Positions 1-6,679 of a stretch of 32,000 nt of DNA are shown here, one piece after another. Within the stretch, counting starts at the first letter, position 1, and every line of letters begins with the position of its first letter. The notes beneath the pieces are model-generated. The model searched no databases. It saw only the letters and a program-made list of their open reading frames with translations, and had not been told where the DNA came from. A program made the translations under genes and the position numbers. Location: contig CAWJMG010000003.1 of the NCBI GenBank assembly GCA_963843975.1, forward strand, positions 420,001 through 452,000, given 5' to 3'. The DNA is from an uncultured Actinomycetes bacterium. Its GTDB lineage: Bacteria; Actinomycetota; Actinomycetes; S36-B12; CAIYMF01.

Positions 1-220
1 AGACAACTGCGTGCTGATCGCACGTCCCGGTGTGCCGTGTCGAGGGCCGAGATCGGTTGGGGCACAGGCGATCGTGCGGATCCGGTGAGGTGGCCGAGGG
101 TCCGAGGAAGGCTACCCTGCGTGGCGGTTACCACACCACGTCATCTATTCAATGTTGAACGACCGGGCGTAGGTTCCTAGGTGTCGGACCACGACAACCA
201 CACCGCAAGGGGGCTCCACC

Positions 221-808
221 ATGAAGCGCAGGACTCTCGACCTGACACTCGCCACTGTCGGTCTCGTCATGGCAGTCGTTCTGGCCATCGCCAGCGGACT
301 GCTGCTGTTCGCATCGTCGTTCACCAACTCCACGATCAGCGACCAGCTCACTGCACAGAACATCTCGTTCCCGGCTGCCGACCAGCTTCCGGTCGACCAG
401 TACGGCGCGACGGTCAACGGCTACGCCGGCCAGCAGGTCACCACGGGCGCGCAGGCCAAGGCCTACAGCGACATGATCGCCGTCCACCTCACCTTCGTCG
501 CCGACGGCAAGACGTACTCCGAGGTCAGCGAGGCCTGGATCGAGTCCGCCGAGAACCCTGCCGACCGCGACCCGGCCCTCGGCGCCCAGCGCCAGACCCT
601 GTTCATGGGTGAGACGCTCCGCGGCCTGCTGATGAACGTGTACGCGTTCAGCATCTTCGGCCTCGTCGCCTACATCGCCGGCTGGGTCGCCGCGATCGCC
701 GCCCTCGTGATGGTCGGCCTCGCGATCTACGGCTTCGCCCACGCCCACAAGCTCCACAAGGCAGAGCTGCTCGAGGCCCCGGCCGTCGAGACCATCCCTG
801 TCGCCTGA
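221..808 (+). CDS. hypothetical membrane protein (N-terminal TM anchor, extracytoplasmic middle segment, C-terminal hydrophobic helices)
   Basis: ATG at 221 with a GGGGG run about 7 nt upstream. Third codon positions are GC-rich. Hydrophobic segments VGLVMAVVLAIASGLLLF and FSIFGLVAYIAGWVAAIAALVMVGLAIYGF. No family recognised. Confidence 0.6.
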   Translation: MKRRTLDLTLATVGLVMAVVLAIASGLLLFASSFTNSTISDQLTAQNISFPAADQLPVDQYGATVNGYAGQQVTTGAQAKAYSDMIAVHLTFVADGKTYSEVSEAWIESAENPADRDPALGAQRQTLFMGETLRGLLMNVYAFSIFGLVAYIAGWVAAIAALVMVGLAIYGFAHAHKLHKAELLEAPAVETIPVA

Positions 809-840
809 CCCCCTGCGGTCGGAACCTCGACCGACAGAAA

Positions 841-876
841 CACGACGCCCCCCGGCATCAGCCGGGGGGCGTCGTG
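841..876. terminator. GC-rich hairpin between convergent genes (16-bp perfect stem, 4-nt loop); likely intrinsic terminator, best fit for the minus-strand pilin gene
   Basis: cacgacgccccccggc (841-856), loop atca, then gccggggggcgtcgtg (861-876) is the exact reverse complement. On the minus strand the hairpin is followed by TTTCTGTC. It lies between the stop at 806-808 (+) and the stop at 890-892 (-). Confidence 0.6.
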
Positions 877-889
877 CGTGCGTGCTGGT

Positions 890-1234
890 TCAGCCGCCGT
901 TGCCGCCGCGGCCGCCGCTGCTCCCGCCGTTGCTGCTCGACGAGCCGCCGGAGGAGCCGGAGCTCGACGACGAGCCGCCGGAGGAGCCGGAGCTCGACGA
1001 CGAGCCGCCGGAGGAGCCGGAGCTCGACGACGAGCCGCCCGACGAGCTCGCGGTCGGTGCTGCCGTGGGGCTGCAGGTGCCGCTGAAGCAGGTGGACATG
1101 GTGCTGAAGTTCCCGGCGACGGTGCGGCCGAGGACGCTGACGGCGAGCACGATGCCGCCGACCAGCGTGACGAGCAGGGCGTACTCGACCGCGGAGGCAC
1201 CGCGGTCGTCGCGGAGCCGGGCGATGATGCGCAC
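890..1234 (-). CDS. Flp/Fap-family type IVb pilin precursor with an unusually long C-terminal Ser/Gly-rich tail
   Basis: The ORF track gives 890..1348. I place the start at GTG 1234, preceded by GAGGGGAAGG 6 nt upstream. The leader RLRDDRG|ASAVEYALLVTLVGGIVLAV matches the Flp G/xxxxEY processing motif plus a hydrophobic helix. This is followed by CFSGTC and then (SSSSSGSSGG)n. Confidence 0.7.
   Translation of the reverse strand: MRIIARLRDDRGASAVEYALLVTLVGGIVLAVSVLGRTVAGNFSTMSTCFSGTCSPTAAPTASSSGGSSSSSGSSGGSSSSSGSSGGSSSSSGSSGGSSSSNGGSSGGRGGNGG
941..1039 (-). repeat. perfect 30-bp tandem repeat, 3 full copies plus a partial fourth, inside the pilin CDS (encodes SSSSSGSSGG units)
   Basis: The unit cgagccgccggaggagccggagctcgacga occurs identically at 941-970, 971-1000 and 1001-1030. 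The next 9 nt repeat the unit start. The unit length is in frame (30 = 10 codons). Confidence 0.95.
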
Positions 1235-1433
1235 GACGTACCTTCCCCTCGTGGAGCGCGTCGTGGCTCCTGGGACGGCCACGTCAGCACCCTGAGGGTG
1301 ACCGGTCAGCCTCTCGGACGGCTCACGTGAGACCGAGGGCACGGTCAACGTTTCCGGGGCACGACGAACGGCCGTCCCCGGGACGGAGACGGCCGGAGCC
1401 GATGGGCATCTGGTACGGGCAGCGCCGCCGGAC

Positions 1434-1667
1434 CTACTTGAAGCCGTGGACGGCGGCCGCCTGCTCGCAGCCCTGGTGCTCGATGCACTGCTCCATGGGC
1501 ACCGTGCCCCCGTTGCCGCCCCCTGCCACCGCGACGACGCGGTTGAACGCGATGAACACCATCGCCACCAGTGCGACGGCGGCGACGAGCTGGAAGCTCA
1601 CCTCGACCATCGAGGCACCGGCGTCGGAGCGCAGCACGCCCGTGGCGGCGCTGATCGAGCGGAACAT
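1434..1667 (-). CDS. second Flp-family pilin-like precursor
   Basis: The ORF track gives 1434..1679. The internal ATG at 1667 is preceded by GGAGGA (ATGGAGGACGTCATG), so it is the preferred start. LRSDAG|ASMVEVSFQLVAAVALVAMVFIAF parallels the G/ASxVE[YV] motif and hydrophobic helix of the neighbouring pilin. The C-terminal CIEHQGC mirrors CFSGTC. Confidence 0.55.
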   Translation of the reverse strand: MFRSISAATGVLRSDAGASMVEVSFQLVAAVALVAMVFIAFNRVVAVAGGGNGGTVPMEQCIEHQGCEQAAAVHGFK

Positions 1668-1788
1668 GACGTCCTCCATGACGTGGCATCGACCGAATGG
1701 CCGATGGCCAACTGTCGAACGGCTGTCTCTGCGAACGCTCAGCGGCGACCGCGTGCGTCGCTCAAGACCCGTCGTGGGCGGCCGTACC

Positions 1789-2271
1789 TCACGTGAGGCC
1801 GGCCACAGCCCCCCAGATCGAGGTGGCGAGCACCGTGGCGCCGAGCCCGAGGAGCACCGACAGGCCGGTGCCCTTCATCGCCTCGACCGTCGACGGCCAG
1901 GCGGCCGCGTGGTCGGGCAGCCGGACCCGCTCGGCGAGGTACACGCCGAGCACGAAGCCGAGCGGCAGCCCGACGACGGGCACGAGGAAGAAGCCGATGA
2001 TGCCGAGGATGCCGCCCGCCACGAGCGTCCGCGTCGGGATGCCGGCGGCGCTCATCCGGCGGCCGGGGATCAGGATCGTGAGCACGTACCCGACGACGAG
2101 GGCCGCACAGGCCAGCAGCGCCGTGACCCAGGCGACCGCGCCCCCCTCGACCAGCGCCCAGACCACGATCGCCCCGCCGACGAGGATGCTGCCGGGCAGC
2201 ACCGGGAGGACCGTGCCCACGATGCCCACGAGGCACGCCAGCAGCACGAGCCACTCACCCCACGCAGGCAT
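1789..2271 (-). CDS. DUF456-like integral membrane protein
   Basis: 160 aa, almost entirely hydrophobic helices. The N-terminal pattern GIVGTVLPVLPGSILVGGA is what I recall as typical of DUF456. The start ATG at 2271 sits 6 nt downstream of TAGGCT. Confidence 0.7.
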   Translation of the reverse strand: MPAWGEWLVLLACLVGIVGTVLPVLPGSILVGGAIVVWALVEGGAVAWVTALLACAALVVGYVLTILIPGRRMSAAGIPTRTLVAGGILGIIGFFLVPVVGLPLGFVLGVYLAERVRLPDHAAAWPSTVEAMKGTGLSVLLGLGATVLATSIWGAVAGLT

Positions 2272-2324
2272 GCCCGCAGCCTAGGCGAGCGTTGCGCCCG
2301 CGGAGACGCGCGTAGGGTCGCCGC
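2272..2324. promoter_or_regulatory. divergent promoter region; both flanking genes look leaderless
   Basis: A TAnnnT hexamer lies 6 nt upstream of each start codon: TAGGGT (2313-2318) before ATG 2325 on the + strand, and TAGGCT (reverse complement of 2278-2283) before ATG 2271 on the - strand. Neither start has a Shine-Dalgarno sequence. Confidence 0.4.
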
Positions 2325-3302
2325 ATGGAATCACGAGCACTGGCCGGCCGCCCCGTCTCGGTGATCGGCCTGGGCACCTGGCAGCTCGGCGCCGACTGGG
2401 GCCCGGTGGACGACGCGGAGGCCTTCGACGTCCTGGACGCCGCCTACGACGCCGGAGTGACGCTGTTCGACACGGCCGACGTGTACGGCGACGGACGCAG
2501 CGAGCGGATCATCGCCGCTTGGCGGGCGAGCCGCCCGGCCGCCGAGGTCATGGTCGCCACCAAGATGGGCCGCCGCGTCGAGCAGCGCCTCGAGAACTAC
2601 ACCGGCGACGCGATGCGCGCCTGGAACGACCGCTCCCGGGCCGACCTCCAGGTCGAGACCCTCGACCTGGTGCAGCTGCACTGCCCGCCGACCTCGGCGT
2701 ACTCGTCGGACGCCCTCTTCGACGAGCTCGACGCCATGGTGGCCGAGGCGCGGATGGCGGCGTACGGCGTGAGCGTCGAGACCTGCGCCGAGGCCCTCGC
2801 TGCCATCGCCCGGCCGAACGTCGCGAGCGTCCAGATCATCCTCAACGCGCTGCGCCGGAAGCCGCTCGAGCAGGTGCTGCCCGCTGCCCAGGCCTCGGGA
2901 ACCGCAATCATCGCCCGGGTCCCGCTCGCCTCGGGCCTGCTGTCGGGCCGGTACGACGAGAGCACGACGTTCGGCGCGGACGACCACCGCACCTACAACC
3001 GGCACGGCGAGGCGTTCGACGTCGGCGAGACGTTCTCCGGCGTCCCGTACGACGTCGGCCTCGAGGCCGTGCGTGCGCTGCGCGACGTCGTCCCCGCCGG
3101 TGTCGCCACGGCCGCCTTCGCTCTGCGCTGGATCCTCGACCACCCCGGGGTGACCACGGTGATCCCGGGGGCGCGCAACCGGGCCCAGGCCGAGGGCAAC
3201 GCGGCGGCAGCCGCGCTCCCGCCGCTCACCGCCGAGCAGCTGGACGCCGTGCGCGAGGTCTACGACCGCCTTGTCCGACCGCTCGTGCACGACCGCTGGT
3301 GA
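2325..3302 (+). CDS. aldo/keto reductase family oxidoreductase
   Basis: 325 aa. IGLGTWQLGADWG...AYDAGVTLFDTADVYGDGRSERII is the canonical AKR N-terminal signature (catalytic D/Y region). The C-terminal VIPGARNRAQAEGN matches the AKR cofactor-binding motif. Confidence 0.9.
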   Translation: MESRALAGRPVSVIGLGTWQLGADWGPVDDAEAFDVLDAAYDAGVTLFDTADVYGDGRSERIIAAWRASRPAAEVMVATKMGRRVEQRLENYTGDAMRAWNDRSRADLQVETLDLVQLHCPPTSAYSSDALFDELDAMVAEARMAAYGVSVETCAEALAAIARPNVASVQIILNALRRKPLEQVLPAAQASGTAIIARVPLASGLLSGRYDESTTFGADDHRTYNRHGEAFDVGETFSGVPYDVGLEAVRALRDVVPAGVATAAFALRWILDHPGVTTVIPGARNRAQAEGNAAAAALPPLTAEQLDAVREVYDRLVRPLVHDRW

Positions 3303-3333
3303 CGGACGACCCCTCGCGGCCCGCCCGGCGCAC

Positions 3334-3370
3334 CACGAAGGCCCGCCCCTCGTGGGGACGGGCCTTCGTG
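3334..3370. terminator. hairpin between convergent genes (12-bp perfect stem, extendable through CCCC/GGGG)
   Basis: cacgaaggcccg (3334-3345) pairs with cgggccttcgtg (3359-3370). It lies between the AKR stop (3302) and the stop of the minus-strand small gene (3393). No clear U-tract. Confidence 0.45.
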
Positions 3371-3392
3371 ATGTCTGTCGGAGCCGGTCGGC

Positions 3393-3620
3393 TCAGGCCT
3401 CGTGCTCGACGATCGGCGCCGGCTCGGTGAGCTTGGCGGTCTCGTCGAGGACGTCGCTGGCGAGCGGACGCAGGCGCGCCTCGTGCTCACGGAAGTGGTG
3501 GCCGCAGAAGAGCAGCTCGCCGCCGGCGGTGAGGCTCACCCGGACGTAGGCCTGGGCGCCACAGCGGTCACAGCGGTCGAGCGCGGTGAGCGGTGTGGTC
3601 GGGCTCAGGGTCGCAGTCAT
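3393..3620 (-). CDS. small conserved Cys/His (zinc-ribbon-like) protein, divergent from ParE-like gene
   Basis: 75 aa. CDRCGAQAYVRV...LLFCGHHFREH gives a CxxC...CxHH pattern. The start has a strong SD (GGAGGTAGAGG then ATG). I recall this family as a conserved actinobacterial DUF (possibly DUF7455) but cannot verify that. Confidence 0.6.
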   Translation of the reverse strand: MTATLSPTTPLTALDRCDRCGAQAYVRVSLTAGGELLFCGHHFREHEARLRPLASDVLDETAKLTEPAPIVEHEA

Positions 3621-4023
3621 CCTCTACCTCCGGTTCGGTACCTCAAGTCTTGCACGTACCAACGACACGCACCGCCGGGGTAGTCCCGCGTTCGCCTGCG
3701 GCTGAACCGCATCGTGACCCGTTTCACCCCCCGGCCACCACCACATCGGCCCGGCGTGTCGCACTCGGCGCCGAACCTTTGCCTGCCCGTAACACCTGCG
3801 ACACGGGGCTCACAGGTCCGGGCGGGCGCGGGCGCGGCGCTCCTGACCCCTCCGATCGGCTCCCGGGCGCGCCGTCCGAGCCTTTTCGGGGGTGGTTCTC
3901 ACCACCCCGGCGTGGCCCGGCGGGGGCGTGGGAGGCGCCGACTACCCTGCAGGGGACCGGTCGGTGCGCCGCCGCCCGCCGGTCGCCGCACGCCGCCCGA
4001 GACCTCCAGGAGATCCCCGCACC

Positions 4024-6120
4024 ATGACCGCCGAGCCCGTCGCCCGTCGCTCCCCACGGATGTCCGTCGGCTCGGGCTACTCCGCCAAGCACCTCTCGGT
4101 GCTCGAGGGGCTCGACGCCGTACGCAAGCGCCCGGGCATGTACATCGGGTCCACCGACGGCCGCGGCCTCATGCACTGCCTCTGGGAGATCATCGACAAC
4201 TCGGTCGACGAGGCCCTGGCCGGGCACTGCCACCGGATCGACGTCGTGCTGCACTCGGACGGCTCGGTCGAGGTCCGCGACGACGGCCGCGGCATCCCCG
4301 TCGACGTCGAGCCCAAGACCCGGCTCACCGGGGTCGAGGTCGTCATGACCCGGCTGCACGCGGGCGGCAAGTTCGGCGGCGGGTCCTACACCGCCTCCGG
4401 CGGCCTGCACGGCGTCGGCGCGTCGGTGGTCAACGCACTGTCCGAGCGCCTCGACATCGAGGTCGACCGCGACGGCAAGATCCACACGATGTCGTTCCAG
4501 CGCGGTGTCCCCGGCCTGTTCGACGGCCCCGGCCCCGATGCCGGGTTCGCCAAGAAGTCCGGTCTCGTGCAGGCGGGGAGGGCCAAGAAGGGCATCACCG
4601 GCACCCGCACGCGCTACTGGGCCGACCGGCAGATCTTCACCAAGGACGCCGAGTTCGACGTCGAGGCGCTGCGCGCCCGCGCCCGTCAGACCGCGTTCCT
4701 CGTGCCGGGGCTCGCCCTGGTCATCCGCGACGAGCGCACCGAGGAGGTCACCGAGGAGACCTACCTCTTCAAGGGCGGCATCACGGAGTACGTCGAGTAC
4801 CTCTCCAAGGACGAGGGCGTCACCGGCGTCGTGCGGCTGAAGGGCTCCGGCCACTTCAAGGAGACCGTGCCGGTTCTCGACGGCAAAGGTCACATGTCCT
4901 CGCAGGAGGTCGACCGCGAGCTCGGCGTCGACATCGCCCTGCGGTGGGGCACCGGCTACGACACCGACGTCCGCAGCTACGTCAACATCATCGCCACGCC
5001 CAAGGGCGGCACGCACGTGAGCGGCTTCGACCGCGCGCTCACCAAGACGGTCAACGACGTCCTGCGCGGCCAGAAGGTGCTCAAGGCGTCCGAGGACAAC
5101 GTGACGAAGGAGGACATCGCCGAGGGCCTGACCGCCATCGTCACGGTGCGCCTCGCCGAGCCGCAGTTCGAGGGCCAGACCAAGGAGGTCCTCGGCACGC
5201 CGGCGGCCACCCGGATCGTGTCGAACGTCGTGGCCAAGGAGCTCACGGCCTGGTTCGCCTCGCCCCCGCGCGGCGACAAGGCCGCCACCAAGGCCGTCCT
5301 GGACAAGGTCGCCAACGCCTCGCGCGCGCGCATCGCCGCCCGCACCCACCGGGACGTCCAGCGCCGCAAGAACGCGCTCGAGTCCTCGGCGCTCCCGGCC
5401 AAGCTCGCCGACTGCCGCAGCGACGACGTCGGCCGCAGCGAGCTCTTCATCGTCGAGGGCGACTCCGCGCTCGGCACCGCCAAGCTCGCGCGCAACGCCG
5501 AGCACCAGGCGCTGCTGCCGATCCGCGGCAAGATCCTCAACACCCAGAAGGCGTCCGTCGCGGACATGCTGAAGAACGCCGAGTGCGCGGCGATCATCCA
5601 GGTGATCGGTGCGGGCTCCGGGCGCAGCTTCGAGCTCGAGCAGGCGCGCTACGGCAAGGTCATCGTGATGTCCGACGCCGACGTCGACGGCGCCCACATC
5701 CGCTGCCTCCTGCTGACCCTCGTGCACCGGTACATGCGCCCGCTGCTCGAGGCCGGCCGGGTGTACGCCGCGGTGCCGCCGCTGCACCGGTTCGAGATCA
5801 CCAACCCCGGCAGCAAGAAGAACGACATCGTCTACACGTACTCCGAGGAGGAGTACCGCGCGCTGCTCGGCGACCTCACGGCCAAGGGTCGCTCGTTCAA
5901 GACACCGCAGCGCTACAAGGGCCTCGGCGAGATGGACGCCTCGCAGCTGCGCGAGACGACGATGGATCCCGCCACCCGGACGCTGCGCCGCATCACGATG
6001 AGCGAGGTCGACCAGGCCACCGAGGTGTTCGACCTGCTCATGGGCACCGACGTCGCCCCGCGCAAGGAGTTCATCGTCGAGGGTGCCCAGAGCCTCGACC
6101 GGGCCCGCATCGACGCGTGA
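4024..6120 (+). CDS. parE: type IIA DNA topoisomerase subunit B (topoisomerase IV ParE-like / GyrB paralog)
   Basis: The ORF track gives 3892..6120. The N-terminal 44 codons are Arg/Pro junk, so I prefer ATG 4024 (AGGAG about 11 nt upstream); ATG 4060 is the alternative. GHKL ATPase motifs are LEGLDAVRKRPGMYIGST, HCLWEIIDNSVDEA, GGLHGVGASVVNALS. The Toprim motif is ELFIVEGDSALGTAK, with PLRGKILN-like IRGKILN and DADVDGAHI. It is not adjacent to its A subunit, which is the usual ParE/ParC layout in actinobacteria. The ParE versus second-gyrase assignment is an inference. Confidence 0.9.
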   Translation: MTAEPVARRSPRMSVGSGYSAKHLSVLEGLDAVRKRPGMYIGSTDGRGLMHCLWEIIDNSVDEALAGHCHRIDVVLHSDGSVEVRDDGRGIPVDVEPKTRLTGVEVVMTRLHAGGKFGGGSYTASGGLHGVGASVVNALSERLDIEVDRDGKIHTMSFQRGVPGLFDGPGPDAGFAKKSGLVQAGRAKKGITGTRTRYWADRQIFTKDAEFDVEALRARARQTAFLVPGLALVIRDERTEEVTEETYLFKGGITEYVEYLSKDEGVTGVVRLKGSGHFKETVPVLDGKGHMSSQEVDRELGVDIALRWGTGYDTDVRSYVNIIATPKGGTHVSGFDRALTKTVNDVLRGQKVLKASEDNVTKEDIAEGLTAIVTVRLAEPQFEGQTKEVLGTPAATRIVSNVVAKELTAWFASPPRGDKAATKAVLDKVANASRARIAARTHRDVQRRKNALESSALPAKLADCRSDDVGRSELFIVEGDSALGTAKLARNAEHQALLPIRGKILNTQKASVADMLKNAECAAIIQVIGAGSGRSFELEQARYGKVIVMSDADVDGAHIRCLLLTLVHRYMRPLLEAGRVYAAVPPLHRFEITNPGSKKNDIVYTYSEEEYRALLGDLTAKGRSFKTPQRYKGLGEMDASQLRETTMDPATRTLRRITMSEVDQATEVFDLLMGTDVAPRKEFIVEGAQSLDRARIDA

Positions 6121-6620
6121 GCACCGAGCTGCTCCTGCCCGCCGTCGCCTTGGCCCTCGAGGCGCACGGCCTGGTGGCCGAGGTGCTCGCCTGCGACCCC
6201 GAGCTCGCCGACACCGCGGCGTTCTGCGCGCACTACGGCTTCGAGCTGGCCGATGCCGCCAACACCATCGTCGTCACCTCCAAGAAGGTCGAGCCGGCCC
6301 GGATGGCTGTGTGCGTCGTCCTCGGCACCACGCGCCTCGACGTCAACCGCGTGGTGCGCGAGCGGCTCGGGGTGCGTCGCGCGTCCTTCGCCGACGCCGA
6401 GACGACCGTGGCCCTCACCGGCATGCTGGTCGGCGGCGTCACCGCGCCGGGCATCGACGGGCTGCCGCTGTGGATCGACTCTGCTGTCCTCGGCCGCGCT
6501 CGCGTCGTGCTGGGCGGCGGCAACCGGTCCAGCAAGCTCGTGCTCCACCCGCGCGAGCTCCTCGAGCTGCCGGGCGCCGAGATCGTCGAGGGCCTGGCGG
6601 CCGTGACCGAGCAGGCCTGA
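6117..6620 (+). CDS. YbaK/EbsC-like aminoacyl-tRNA editing (deacylase) domain protein
   Basis: Only the C-terminal 167 codons of track ORF 3714..6620 look coding. The GTG start at 6117 overlaps the parE stop (GTGA). NTIVVTSKK...AVCVVLGTTRLD...ETTVALTGMLVGGVTAPG...VVLGGGNRSSKL resembles the YbaK/ProX fold pattern. Confidence 0.7.
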   Translation: MSTELLLPAVALALEAHGLVAEVLACDPELADTAAFCAHYGFELADAANTIVVTSKKVEPARMAVCVVLGTTRLDVNRVVRERLGVRRASFADAETTVALTGMLVGGVTAPGIDGLPLWIDSAVLGRARVVLGGGNRSSKLVLHPRELLELPGAEIVEGLAAVTEQA

Positions 6621-6679
6621 CCCCCGGGATCCGGCCGCTCAGCGCGCCTCCTCGGCCCGTCGCCTGCGAGCGTTGGCGC

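Noticed and set aside
85-140. tRNA-like fragment (GGTGAGGTGGCCGAGGGTCCGAGGAAGGC resembles a class II tRNA D-arm region)
   Set aside because: I could not fold an acceptor stem, anticodon stem or T-arm (GTTCGAATC-like) around it. It is most likely a chance resemblance in the upstream region.
148-183. Palindrome TTCAATGTTGAA and a possible TTGAAC -35 box upstream of the first gene
   Set aside because: No convincing -10 hexamer lies at 16-18 bp spacing (only TAGGTG). The evidence is too weak to call a promoter or operator.
941-1039. Possible CRISPR-like array, because of regularly spaced identical 30-bp units
   Set aside because: The units are directly abutting with no spacers, lie inside a coding frame and encode a Ser/Gly peptide repeat. 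No cas genes are present.
727-1330. Alternative-frame ORFs across the 30-bp repeat (727..1290 -, 878..1330 +, 882..1295 +, 874..1086 +)
   Set aside because: They are repetitive Ala/Arg or Pro/Glu translations of the same repeat. Only the 890..1234(-) frame gives a Flp-type leader with an SD-preceded start.
3725-3760. C-run (CACCCCCCGG) in the ParE leader, reminiscent of the actinobacterial 6C RNA
   Set aside because: Only one C-rich tract is present. I could not find the two conserved C-loop hairpins that define 6C.
3714-6116. N-terminal 800 codons of the 968-aa ORF (3714..6620), and the 687-aa antisense ORF 3724..5787, both overlapping the ParE-like gene
   Set aside because: Both are Arg/Pro/Gly/Ala-rich low-complexity translations, typical of off-frame reading in very GC-rich DNA. 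The ParE frame carries unmistakable GHKL/Toprim motifs. Only the last 167 codons of 3714..6620 (the YbaK-like part) look real.
4024-6120. Calling the topoisomerase genes gyrB/gyrA
   Set aside because: Canonical gyrB-gyrA are adjacent and sit near dnaA/oriC in actinobacteria. Here the subunit genes are about 24 kb apart on opposite strands, with no replication-origin genes nearby, so ParE/ParC-like is preferred. This remains an inference.
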